This document shows positions 28,994-38,551 of a stretch of DNA of 39,806 bases, one piece after another. The DNA is from an uncultured Blautia sp. (GTDB lineage Bacteria > Bacillota > Clostridia > Lachnospirales > Lachnospiraceae): the NCBI GenBank assembly GCA_945872375.1, contig CAMBYR010000001.1, positions 1-39,806 on the forward strand, given 5' to 3'. Within the stretch, counting starts at the first letter, position 1; each line of letters starts with the position of its first letter. A program made the translations under genes and the position numbers. The notes under the pieces are model-generated. The model made no database searches, was not told the DNA's origin, and saw nothing but the letters and a program-made list of their open reading frames with translations.

Positions 28994-29824
28994 ATGAAAT
29001 TTTTGATTACCGGCGCAAACGGGTACATTGGTGCTCATGTAGTAAGGCATTTACTGGATCGGGGACATCAGGTGTATGCCGCAGATATTCAGTTTACCAA
29101 TGTGGATTCAAGAGCAGTCTGCCTTCCGGTAGATATTTTCCAGGCAGATGAAACCATTTATCAGCAGTGCCAGGAGCCGGACGTATGTATTCATATGGCA
29201 TGGCGCAACGGTTTTGTTCACAATTCCGAAGCACATATTACGGATCTTCCCCTTCATTACCGTTTTCTGAAAAATATGATCGACGGCGGTCTGAAGCATG
29301 TGGTGATCATGGGAAGCATGCATGAAGTAGGCTACTGGGAGGGAGCCATCCGGGAAGATACTCCGACCAATCCCATGTCCCTCTATGCCATTGCAAAAAA
29401 TACTCTTCGCCAGGTGGCACAGCAGCTTGTCAAGGACACGGATGTATGCCTTCAGTGGCTTCGGGGATATTATATTCTGGGAGATGATCTGAGAAGCAAT
29501 TCCATTTTTGGAAAGATCCTGAGAGCAGATATGGAAGGAAAAGAAACCTTCCCCTTTAATTCCGGAAAAAATAAATATGATTTTATTGATATCGAAGAGC
29601 TTGCAGCACAGATTTCGGCTGCTGCAGAACAGACGGAGATCGACGGCATCATAAACTGCTGCTCCGGAAATCCGGTGACGCTTGCAGAAAAGGTGGAGGA
29701 ATTTATCCGCGACCATGAACTGAAGATCCGTCTGGCTTATGGTGCATTCCCGGATCGTGCGTACGATTCTCCGGGAGTCTGGGGAGATAATACGAAAATT
29801 TCGGAAATTATGAAGAAAGCGTAA
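28994..29824 (+). CDS. tll: Extended SDR, probable dTDP-6-deoxy-L-talose-forming 4-reductase (Tll-like)
   Basis: TGANGYIG and YAIAK; HMAW-x-x-GF-x-HN, MHEVGY, LQWLR-x-YYI-x-GDD, SNSIF-x-K, NCCSG and FP-x-R-x-YDS-x-x-VWG match my recollection of Aggregatibacter Tll. RmlD motifs (GQLG, STDYVF) are absent. Confidence 0.7.
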   Translation: MKFLITGANGYIGAHVVRHLLDRGHQVYAADIQFTNVDSRAVCLPVDIFQADETIYQQCQEPDVCIHMAWRNGFVHNSEAHITDLPLHYRFLKNMIDGGLKHVVIMGSMHEVGYWEGAIREDTPTNPMSLYAIAKNTLRQVAQQLVKDTDVCLQWLRGYYILGDDLRSNSIFGKILRADMEGKETFPFNSGKNKYDFIDIEELAAQISAAAEQTEIDGIINCCSGNPVTLAEKVEEFIRDHELKIRLAYGAFPDRAYDSPGVWGDNTKISEIMKKA

Positions 29825-29874
29825 CTGTGAGGGTACTGAACAGTTACAGGAAAGCAAAATGAGAGGTTGAAAAA

Positions 29875-30444
29875 ATGGGAAAAATCAGCGTAGAAACATG
29901 TGAAATTGAAGGATTAAAAATCATTACACCTGCCGTATTCGGAGATGAACGCGGCTATTTTATGGAAACCTACAACTACAATGACTACAAAGCAGCAGGA
30001 ATTGATATGGAATTTGTTCAGGACAATCAGTCCAGCTCCAGAAAGGGTGTTCTGAGAGGACTTCATTTCCAGATCAATTATCCTCAGGATAAACTGGTAC
30101 GCGTTGTCAGCGGTGAGGTATTTGATGTGGCGGTAGATCTTCGTCCCGGTTCCAAAACCTTTGGAAAGTGGTATGGAGTTCTTCTTTCCGCGGAGAATAA
30201 AAAACAGTTTTTCATTCCGAAGAACTTTGCTCACGGCTTTATCGTTCTGTCCGATTCTGCAGAATTCGCATACAAATGCACAGATTTCTATCATCCCAAC
30301 GATGAGGGCGGAATCGCATGGAATGACCCGGAAATCGGCGTAAACTGGCCGATGCCGGAGGGCTTTACGCAGTCTGACCTGATTATTTCTGAAAAAGATC
30401 AGAAGTGGAGCGGTATCAGGGAATACATCAAAAATCAGGGGTAA
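29875..30444 (+). CDS. rmlC: dTDP-4-dehydrorhamnose 3,5-epimerase
   Basis: FGDERGYF, FVQDNQS, LRGLHFQ, DVAVDLR, FAHGF, YKCTDFY. Confidence 0.97.
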   Translation: MGKISVETCEIEGLKIITPAVFGDERGYFMETYNYNDYKAAGIDMEFVQDNQSSSRKGVLRGLHFQINYPQDKLVRVVSGEVFDVAVDLRPGSKTFGKWYGVLLSAENKKQFFIPKNFAHGFIVLSDSAEFAYKCTDFYHPNDEGGIAWNDPEIGVNWPMPEGFTQSDLIISEKDQKWSGIREYIKNQG

Positions 30445-30450
30445 AAGCAC

Positions 30451-31830
30451 ATGTCCAAAAAAAAGATGCTTGCTGCAGGAATTCTGGCAGTCTGTCTGAT
30501 CGTGCTGAATGTTCTGATCTGGCAGAGAACCTCCCCAAACGGAGAGATGCTGGAGCTGCAGGCGGAAATAGAGTCCGTTCAGATGACGGAAATGAGACTA
30601 TATTACGGGGTAAATGAGGCGTTTACACAGGAGTGCAGTGTTCCGGTGATCTACGGTGATGTGGGAAATGTGCAGAAGCTCTGCTTCTCCTTTCCGTCTG
30701 AAAGCACGTTCCTCCGTCTGGACTTCGGAGAAGGTCTTGGCACCTATCTGGTAAGGAGTCTGACGCTGAATTACGGCAATCAGGCCTGGGAGATTCCCAC
30801 AGAGCTTCTCACAGGCTCGGATAACCTGCAGCAGATGACTCTTGAGGAAACAGAAGAGGGGCTTGAGGCAGTATCCTCCGGGACAGACCCTTATGTGGTG
30901 TTTGAGGTGGGAGGAACCTCTCTTCAGGAGGCTGCCCGGGAGCATCAGAAACGAATGGATCTGATTCAGAATATCTTTCTCCTCCTGGTGTTGGATGCAG
31001 GTGCCCTGCTGGCTGTGCTGTTTCGCCGGAAGCTGACAGGGCTTCCGCTGGAACTGTGGCAGAACCGCAGTCTGATCTGGAAGCTTTCCGTCAATGATTT
31101 TAAGACAAAATATGCCGGTTCCTATCTGGGAATCGTCTGGGCGTTTATTCAGCCGATCGTGACGATCCTGGTTTACTGGTTTGTATTTTCCGTGGGCCTG
31201 AAAGCCGGAAGGGTATCGGAGTATCCCTTTGTTCTCTATCTTGTTTCCGGTATCGTGCCCTGGTTTTTCTTCCAGGATGCTCTGAACGGAGGAACCAATG
31301 CTCTGATCGAGTACAACTATCTGGTAAAGAAAGTGGTATTCAAGATCAGCATTCTCCCGATTGTAAAAATCTTTTCAGCGTTATTTGTACACGTATTTTT
31401 TGTGGTATTTTCCCTTGTGATCTGTGCTTTATACGGATATTTGCCGGGACTTCAGACCATTCAGATCGTGTATTACTCCGGATGTGTTTTCCTGTTTACT
31501 CTTGGGCTTGTCTATGCCACAAGTGCCATTGTGATCTTCTTCCGGGACCTGACGCAGATTATTAATATTGTACTTCAGGTGGGAATCTGGATGACTCCGA
31601 TCATGTGGGATCTGTCCATGCTGGATGCCTATCCGCTGCTGCAGTCCCTGTTTAAGCTGAATCCCATGTACTACATTGTATCAGGCTATCGGGACGCCAT
31701 GCTGGGCAAGGTATGGCTGGTGGAACACTGGAAATGGGGAGTTTATTTCTGGGCAGTCACAGTAGTTCTGTTCCTTCTCGGAGCACTGATCTTCAAACGG
31801 CTGAAGCCGCATTTTGCAGACGTACTGTAA
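30451..31830 (+). CDS. wzm: Wzm/RgpC-type ABC-2 polysaccharide export permease with a ~195-aa N-terminal extension
   Basis: From aa ~200: LIWKLSVNDFKTKYAGSYLGIVWAFIQP, FFRDL, TPIMW, LNPM, FADVL. Confidence 0.9.
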   Translation: MSKKKMLAAGILAVCLIVLNVLIWQRTSPNGEMLELQAEIESVQMTEMRLYYGVNEAFTQECSVPVIYGDVGNVQKLCFSFPSESTFLRLDFGEGLGTYLVRSLTLNYGNQAWEIPTELLTGSDNLQQMTLEETEEGLEAVSSGTDPYVVFEVGGTSLQEAAREHQKRMDLIQNIFLLLVLDAGALLAVLFRRKLTGLPLELWQNRSLIWKLSVNDFKTKYAGSYLGIVWAFIQPIVTILVYWFVFSVGLKAGRVSEYPFVLYLVSGIVPWFFFQDALNGGTNALIEYNYLVKKVVFKISILPIVKIFSALFVHVFFVVFSLVICALYGYLPGLQTIQIVYYSGCVFLFTLGLVYATSAIVIFFRDLTQIINIVLQVGIWMTPIMWDLSMLDAYPLLQSLFKLNPMYYIVSGYRDAMLGKVWLVEHWKWGVYFWAVTVVLFLLGALIFKRLKPHFADVL

Positions 31831-31847
31831 CAAGGAGATAAGAATAA

Positions 31848-33152
31848 ATGGAAGATATTGCAATTTCCGTGCAGCATCTCAGTAAGATGTATAAATTGTA
31901 TGATAAGCCCATGGATCGTCTGAAAGAGTCCCTGGGGCTTACGAGACAGAAAAAATATAAGGAGCATTATGCCTTAAGAGATGTTTCCTTTCAGGTGAAT
32001 CGGGGGGAAACTGTGGGAATTATCGGAACCAACGGTTCCGGTAAATCCACCATTCTGAAAATCATTACCGGCGTACTGAACCAGACCTCCGGAGAGATTG
32101 CGGTCAATGGCAGAATTTCCGCACTTCTGGAACTGGGGGCCGGTTTTAATATGGAATATTCCGGAATCGAGAATGTGTATCTGAATGGTACCATGATCGG
32201 CTTCACAAGAGAAGAAATCGATAAAAAACTAGATGATATTCTGGCGTTTGCGGACATTGGAGATTTTGTCTATCAGCCGGTAAAAACCTATTCCAGCGGT
32301 ATGTTCGTACGGCTGGCGTTTGCCGTTGCCATCAATATTGATCCGGAGATCCTGATCGTAGATGAAGCCCTGTCTGTGGGCGACGTATTTTTCCAGTCCA
32401 AATGCTATCATAAATTTGAAGAATTTAAAAAGATGGGAAAAACCATCCTGTTTGTCAGCCACGATCTGAGCAGTGTGGCAAAATACTGTGACCGGGTAGT
32501 GCTTCTGAACCAGGGAAACAAGGTGGCAGAGGGCGGTCCGAAGGAAATGGTGGATCTTTACAAGCAGCTTCTGGTGCATCAGGGGGATGTGAGCAAACTT
32601 GCTGAGGAACCGGAAGAGCCGGGAGAGACAGCCGGCGGTGAGATGAAGCCGGAGCAGAAAACGGCCATCTGGAAGGACAGCCTGAACAGAAATCCGGGAC
32701 TTCTGGATTATGGAAAAAAGAATGCGGAAATCATCGAGTATGCTATAGTGGATGAAAAAGGTGTCATTACTTCCAGCATTGTAAAGGGTACGGATTTTTC
32801 CGTGATGATGAAGGTGAAATTCCACGAGACCATCGAGGATCCTATTTTTGCGTTTACCGTCAAGGATCTGCAGGGAACCGATATCACAGGAACCAATACC
32901 ATGTATGAAAAACAGAATACCGGGACAGTGAACGCAGGAGAAGAGCGGATCATCACATTCCGGCAGCACATGGACCTTCAGGGAAAAAGCTACCTGCTTT
33001 CCTTTGGCTGTGTGGGATTTGAAAAAAATGAATTTGAAGTGTATCACAGACTTTATGACGCATGTGAACTCAATGTAATATCAGACAAAAACACGGTGGG
33101 ATTTTATGATATGAATTCCCGTGTGACCATAGAAAACGGAGAAAGGAGCTGA
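31848..33152 (+). CDS. wzt: Wzt/RgpD ABC ATPase with a C-terminal Wzt_C-type domain
   Basis: GTNGSGKST, YSSGMFVRLAF, LIVDEALSVGD, VSHD, plus about 170 extra C-terminal residues. Confidence 0.93.
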   Translation: MEDIAISVQHLSKMYKLYDKPMDRLKESLGLTRQKKYKEHYALRDVSFQVNRGETVGIIGTNGSGKSTILKIITGVLNQTSGEIAVNGRISALLELGAGFNMEYSGIENVYLNGTMIGFTREEIDKKLDDILAFADIGDFVYQPVKTYSSGMFVRLAFAVAINIDPEILIVDEALSVGDVFFQSKCYHKFEEFKKMGKTILFVSHDLSSVAKYCDRVVLLNQGNKVAEGGPKEMVDLYKQLLVHQGDVSKLAEEPEEPGETAGGEMKPEQKTAIWKDSLNRNPGLLDYGKKNAEIIEYAIVDEKGVITSSIVKGTDFSVMMKVKFHETIEDPIFAFTVKDLQGTDITGTNTMYEKQNTGTVNAGEERIITFRQHMDLQGKSYLLSFGCVGFEKNEFEVYHRLYDACELNVISDKNTVGFYDMNSRVTIENGERS

Positions 33153-33159
33153 GAAGATC

Positions 33160-34815
33160 ATGGCAGGAACAAAACGGGCAGGTGTGTATACGATCCGGAA
33201 AAACGGCGGAAAGCTGGATTCTTATATGCTATATGCTCTGAAGGAACTGAAAAAAGCAACAGATGCTCTTCTGGTGATTGCGGAAGACCGGGAGCTTTGC
33301 GGTTCTGCACAGGAAACCCTGCAAAGTCTTGCAGATCAGGTGATCACAGCCGAAGAGGCGGATTTTCCCCAGTGGCAGATTCTCCGTCCGTTTTTTCAGG
33401 AGTATGGTGCGGACTGCAGGGAAGCGGTCTTTCTGGACTCGGATGTGTTCGGGCCATTCTGGAATCTGGAAGAACTTCTGATTTCCGAAAAACGGCAGAA
33501 TGCGGACTTTTTCGGAATCAAAACAGACAAGCCGGGACGCCTGGAAAGCTGGTTCTGGACGGTATCTGACGGACTTTTCAATGAAGAAGCCTGGATGAAG
33601 CTGTCAGGCTGTGCCAGAAGAGAAGGGATCTCCCGAAAACGGCTGCAGAATGCAGGAATCTCCACAGGTTCCGTCCGGTATGAAAACCTGCGGGATTATC
33701 CGAAATATTCCATAGAAAAACAGAAATGTCCCTTCTGGCCGGTGAGCTTTTTCCGGGAACCTTACGGGGAGATTCTGGATCGTCATTCCGGGGAGGCGAT
33801 TCCCAGGGGAATGGAATTTCTGAAAGAACACACGTCCTATGATACGGACATGATCTGGGAGCATCTGCTTCGGGTGATGAACATGGCGGATCTGAAAAAG
33901 GTCATGCAGTGCAATTATGTTCTCTCATCCCGAACACTTCGGAAAAAGGAGCGGAACAGGGATCTTAAAATTGCCCTGATCCTCCATATTTATTATGACG
34001 ATCTGGCGCCTTACTGCAGAAAATATGCAGAGAATATGCCGGAAGGAACCGATGTCTATGTGACGGCTCCCAATGAAGAAAAAATGGAAAACGTAAAGGC
34101 AGCTTTTGAAGATTTTCCCTATCATACGGAATTCCGCATTGTGGGAAATGTGGGAAGAGATGTGGGCCCCTTTATTGTGGGCTGCAAGGATATCGTTTTC
34201 CGGTACGACCTGATCTGCAAAATGCATGACAAACGTGTATTTCAGGTTATTCCCATGTCTGTGGGAGAATCCTGGTCCTACAAGTGCTTTGAAAGCATGC
34301 TGAAAAATAAAATCTATGTGGAAAACATCATTTCCGTATTCGAGGAAAATCCCCGGCTGGGAATGCTTGCGCCGCCGCCGCCCATGCATGGACCATATTA
34401 TGCGACGGTAGGATTTGGTGAGTGGAGCTTCAATTATGGTGTTGCGGAAAAACTGGCAGAGGATCTGGGTCTGACGGTTCCCATGGAACCGGACAAAGAA
34501 CCGGTGGCACCTCTTGGGTCCATGTTCTGGTTCCGGCCGGAATCTCTGAAATGCCTGTTTGCCCATGACTGGACCTATGAGGAACTTCCAAAGGAGCCCA
34601 TTGCCAGCGACTGCACCATCCTTCACGCCATTGAGCGGATCTATCCCTTCTGTATGCAGCAGGAAGGATACTATTGCGGATGGACCATGGCAGATACCTA
34701 CGCACGGATCGAGGTCAATAACTGGAGATATTATAACGGAGAGCTGGGACGTGCTTATGCCCACAAGGTTGTGCCGTCTTCCTATAAAGAATTTCTGGAA
34801 CAAATTCGTCAGTGA
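33160..34815 (+). CDS. rgpF: RgpF-family (rhamnan synthesis protein F) glycosyltransferase, copy 1
   Basis: KIALILHIYYDDL, NVGRDVGPF, CKMHDK, FEENPRLGML, GSMFWFR, LHAIERI. Confidence 0.85.
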   Translation: MAGTKRAGVYTIRKNGGKLDSYMLYALKELKKATDALLVIAEDRELCGSAQETLQSLADQVITAEEADFPQWQILRPFFQEYGADCREAVFLDSDVFGPFWNLEELLISEKRQNADFFGIKTDKPGRLESWFWTVSDGLFNEEAWMKLSGCARREGISRKRLQNAGISTGSVRYENLRDYPKYSIEKQKCPFWPVSFFREPYGEILDRHSGEAIPRGMEFLKEHTSYDTDMIWEHLLRVMNMADLKKVMQCNYVLSSRTLRKKERNRDLKIALILHIYYDDLAPYCRKYAENMPEGTDVYVTAPNEEKMENVKAAFEDFPYHTEFRIVGNVGRDVGPFIVGCKDIVFRYDLICKMHDKRVFQVIPMSVGESWSYKCFESMLKNKIYVENIISVFEENPRLGMLAPPPPMHGPYYATVGFGEWSFNYGVAEKLAEDLGLTVPMEPDKEPVAPLGSMFWFRPESLKCLFAHDWTYEELPKEPIASDCTILHAIERIYPFCMQQEGYYCGWTMADTYARIEVNNWRYYNGELGRAYAHKVVPSSYKEFLEQIRQ

Positions 34816-34829
34816 CAGAGGAGAGTGCT

Positions 34830-36563
34830 ATGAAATTAGAAAAAGAACATATCAGCCGCTGCGGTATTTTCCTCTTTTTTGACAAAGAGGGTATCGTGGA
34901 TGACTATATTCTCCGAATGCTGGGAGATATGAAAAAATGTATGGATCATCTGCTGGTGGTCTGTAATGGATTTGTGACGCTGAAGGGTCTGGAAAGGCTG
35001 GGAACGGTTTCTGATGAAGTATTATGCAGGGCCAACATCGGGCTGGATGTAGGCGGATACCGTGACGGCCTGTTTCATATCGGATTTGACAGACTGTCTC
35101 ATTTCGATGAGCTTGTTCTGTTTAATTATACATTTTTTGGACCGCTGGATTCCTTTGAGGAAATGTTTGAGGAAATGAGCCGCAGAGATGTGGATTTCTG
35201 GGGAATTACCAAGCACCATATGATGGATGAGACCCAGAATCCCATTCCGGGAATCCGCTACGGCTATATGCCGGATCATCTGCAGTCTCACTTCTTTGCC
35301 CTTCGTCCAAGCCTGTTTATGAGCTATGGATACCGGGATTTTATGATCAACCGTGTCAACCCGCGGGATTATCATGAATCCATCAATGAGTATGAGATCA
35401 TCTTTACAAAATATTTTGAAGATCTTGGATATGTGTGGGATCTGTACAGCAATACGGACGTTTACCGGAATTATGTGTTCAACCCAATGATGTTCCGTGC
35501 AAAGGAAATGATCCGGGATCTGAACTGTCCGATTATCAAGCGCCGCGCCTTCTTTACGGATTATATGGATTCCCTGCTGAATACCTGCGGGGAAACCAGC
35601 ATTGAGGCTCTGGAATATATCCGGGAAAACAGGCCTTTCCCAGAAAAACTGTTCTGGGATAATATCCTTCGTCTGGAAAACTTACGTGAGGTTCACCGTC
35701 AGATGCATTTTAACTACATTCTTCCCAAAGAGGAATGTCAGGTGCCGGACGGCGTTCATCCCAGATTTGCCGTATGGATCGTGGTGGATTCCTCAGAGGA
35801 AACTCTCTGGTATCTGGATTATCTGGAAAATTTCCGGGATGTGAAAATTTTCCTTACAGGGGAAGAGGAAGAGCTGGAAAAAGTGCGGAAGCTGGCAGAC
35901 AACAATAGGATCTATTTTGTGCCGATATCCGGAAAAAATTATTATCTGAATGTTCTCGCAAAGGCATCCCGTTACTGGAAGCAGTATCCGTATATGTGCG
36001 TGCTGGGAATGCACGGCAGACATACAGAGATGCCGGTGACCTTTGACCGGTCGGCAGAGTATCAGGCATGGGAAAATATGGCGGGAAGTCCGGCATATAT
36101 TGCCAATATCCTGCAGGTGTTTGAGGAAAACCCTCATCTTGGACTGCTGATTCCGCCCACGCCTGTTCACGGAGAATGGCCGAAGCTTCTGGAAGACGGC
36201 TGGATGGGACGCTTTGACAGAGTATCATCGATGATGAAGGAATGGGAAATTCCTGTGAATATCAAACGGAGCAGTGAGCCGCTGTTTCCGGTGGAAGGCT
36301 GCTTCTGGGTAAGAACAAGGCTTCTGGAAGCATTTACTTCTCTTCGTCCGATCAGCATTCTGGAACGGGAGGCGTTTCTTCTGACTGTTCCGCTGATCAT
36401 TCAGAAACAGTTTTACTATACAGGTGTGGCAATGACGGAGGAGTATGCGGCAGTGGAAATCACCAATCAGGATTATATGCTGCGTGAGACGAACAAAGCT
36501 GCCTTTGACCGGTATGGTGCCGGACAGTTCCACGAAGTAGTGGGCCGTATCAGGATTTCATGA
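34830..36563 (+). CDS. rgpF: RgpF-family glycosyltransferase, copy 2
   Basis: FFDKEGIVDDY, NIGLDVGGY, NYTFFGP, DFWGIT, HLQSHF, CPIIKRR. Start ATG 34830 follows GAGGAG. Confidence 0.82.
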   Translation: MKLEKEHISRCGIFLFFDKEGIVDDYILRMLGDMKKCMDHLLVVCNGFVTLKGLERLGTVSDEVLCRANIGLDVGGYRDGLFHIGFDRLSHFDELVLFNYTFFGPLDSFEEMFEEMSRRDVDFWGITKHHMMDETQNPIPGIRYGYMPDHLQSHFFALRPSLFMSYGYRDFMINRVNPRDYHESINEYEIIFTKYFEDLGYVWDLYSNTDVYRNYVFNPMMFRAKEMIRDLNCPIIKRRAFFTDYMDSLLNTCGETSIEALEYIRENRPFPEKLFWDNILRLENLREVHRQMHFNYILPKEECQVPDGVHPRFAVWIVVDSSEETLWYLDYLENFRDVKIFLTGEEEELEKVRKLADNNRIYFVPISGKNYYLNVLAKASRYWKQYPYMCVLGMHGRHTEMPVTFDRSAEYQAWENMAGSPAYIANILQVFEENPHLGLLIPPTPVHGEWPKLLEDGWMGRFDRVSSMMKEWEIPVNIKRSSEPLFPVEGCFWVRTRLLEAFTSLRPISILEREAFLLTVPLIIQKQFYYTGVAMTEEYAAVEITNQDYMLRETNKAAFDRYGAGQFHEVVGRIRIS

Positions 36564-36578
36564 CAGAAAGGAACAATT

Positions 36579-37490
36579 ATGAGCGAAAAAATCGGAAATA
36601 TTTCCATGAATTATGATTATTATTCCGGAGAAGATCTGTACAATGAAGGTGATGAGACAGAAAACATGATCCTGGAAATCGTGAAAAATGAAGAGGATTA
36701 TGGATATAGTCATGAGAAATACAATGAGTGGCCGGTGCTGTATCATCTCAGCAGACAGAGAGAAAATATCGTGGAGCCGATGGACATCCGGGAAACAGAC
36801 GATGTGCTGGAGATCGGTGCAGGAATGGGCGCTGTGACAGGCGCGCTGGCAGAACGTGCAAAGCACGTGGACTGTATCGAGCTGTCCAAACGCCGTTCTC
36901 TTGTGAATGCTTACCGCCACAGGGAAATGGACAATATTGAAATCTTTGTGGGAAATTTTCAGGATATTGTACTGGAAAAACAGTATGATGTGATCACGCT
37001 GATCGGGGTGCTGGAATACGCTTATCATTATATTGACAGCAAAACACCTTACGAGGATTTTATCCGCAAAACCGTTTCCATGCTGAAGCCCGGCGGACGC
37101 CTGTATGTAGCAATCGAAAACAAGCTGGGAATGAAGTATCTGGCCGGCTATAACGAAGATCATCTGTTTGAGCCGTTTCATGGTGTACAGGGATATACCA
37201 GACACGATAAGGCCAAAACCTTCAGCAAGGAGCAGCTGGAAAAGCTTCTTCTGGAAAATGGCTATCAGTCCCTCTATTTTTATTATCCTTTCCCGGATTA
37301 CAAACTTCCGATCGTGATACACAGTGATGACACGATTGAAAATGCGGGACTTGATTTCCCGGAGCAGAGCAATTACGATGCCCCTGTCATCGAGACCTTC
37401 CGGATCGTGAAAGCCTTTGAAAGTCTTCGGGGAAGCTCCGAGAGAAAGACCCTGGCAAATTCCTTCCTTGTAGAAGCGGTAAAGGAGTGA
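36579..37490 (+). CDS. Class I SAM-dependent methyltransferase (glycan-capping type)
   Basis: VLEIGAGMG, CIELS, YDVITLIGVLEY, LKPGGRLYVAIEN, YYPFPDYKLP. Confidence 0.88.
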   Translation: MSEKIGNISMNYDYYSGEDLYNEGDETENMILEIVKNEEDYGYSHEKYNEWPVLYHLSRQRENIVEPMDIRETDDVLEIGAGMGAVTGALAERAKHVDCIELSKRRSLVNAYRHREMDNIEIFVGNFQDIVLEKQYDVITLIGVLEYAYHYIDSKTPYEDFIRKTVSMLKPGGRLYVAIENKLGMKYLAGYNEDHLFEPFHGVQGYTRHDKAKTFSKEQLEKLLLENGYQSLYFYYPFPDYKLPIVIHSDDTIENAGLDFPEQSNYDAPVIETFRIVKAFESLRGSSERKTLANSFLVEAVKE

Positions 37491-37495
37491 CGAGT

Positions 37496-38551
37496 ATGCG
37501 AAAGATCATGATGAAATTCTGCGATGAGCGGAAAAAAGAATTCTGTATGAAAACAACGATCTGGAAGGACGGAGAGCAGAAAAAAGTTTCCAAGGAGGCA
37601 ATTTTCCCGGAAAGCCTTCCTGTCCTGAAGAAAATGCAGGAAAGCCGCCCTGTGCTGGAAGAGATATATCCGGAGGCGGAGCTTTGCAAAAGCAGTATGG
37701 AAAATGATGTCCTGTGGTTTGAATTTGTGGAAGGACTGGGCATGGAGGAAGAGCTTCTTGGCTATGCGGCAGACGAAGACAGAGAAGGATTCCTTGCATC
37801 TCTGAACCGGTTTGTCAGTGTTATGGAAAGTACGCCGGAAAACCATATGGAATTTCAGATGACAGAGGAATTCTGGAATGTGTTTGGAAGCGGAGAGCCA
37901 TTCAGGGGGATGGATGCACTGAAAAGATGTGATTATGATATGATTCCCGGAAATATCATTGTCCGGGACGGAAAGATGGTGCTCATTGATTTTGAATGGC
38001 TGATGGAATTTCCGGTTCCTGTGGAACTTCTGAAATACCATGCATTCCGGGAACTGTATCATCATTGTGGGGAACTGGAGGCGTTTTTTCCGCTGGAGGA
38101 GCTTCTGGCATGCATGGGTATCACCATGGATCGTGAACTTCTGGAGGATGCTTACGAGAATTTCCTGCATTATGTCAGCGGAGATTCCATGGATGGGAAT
38201 TTTTCAGCCATGAAGGCTTCCTGTCTGAAGCCCTTCTATGATTTCCGGGGATACTGCCAGTTTGGCGGAGGCAATCACCCCACGCATTATGTGGTGATGG
38301 AAAAAGCCTGGTATGAAGTAAATGAAGCAAACCGTAAACTGAGCCAGCAGGTAGAAGACTTACGAAGACAGGTGGAGCTGGAACAGAAAAACCATATGAT
38401 CCACGCACGGCAGATTGAGGATGCTGTGCAGGAGCAGGCACGTCAGTCGGAAGTGTGGCGTGAGGCCTATGAAACAGTCGTGAATTCCCGCACCTGGCAG
38501 ACAGCAGGGAAGCTGAAACGTCTTGTCGGAAAAAAACAGGTGGGAAAATGA
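37496..38551 (+). CDS. Protein-kinase-like/phosphotransferase domain plus coiled coil (WbdD C-half-like)
   Basis: FEFVEG hinge, DMIPGNII catalytic loop, LIDFEW metal loop, heptad region, terminal NSRTWQTAGKLKRL. ATG 37496 follows AAGGAG (alternative GTG 37487). Confidence 0.65.
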   Translation: MRKIMMKFCDERKKEFCMKTTIWKDGEQKKVSKEAIFPESLPVLKKMQESRPVLEEIYPEAELCKSSMENDVLWFEFVEGLGMEEELLGYAADEDREGFLASLNRFVSVMESTPENHMEFQMTEEFWNVFGSGEPFRGMDALKRCDYDMIPGNIIVRDGKMVLIDFEWLMEFPVPVELLKYHAFRELYHHCGELEAFFPLEELLACMGITMDRELLEDAYENFLHYVSGDSMDGNFSAMKASCLKPFYDFRGYCQFGGGNHPTHYVVMEKAWYEVNEANRKLSQQVEDLRRQVELEQKNHMIHARQIEDAVQEQARQSEVWREAYETVVNSRTWQTAGKLKRLVGKKQVGK

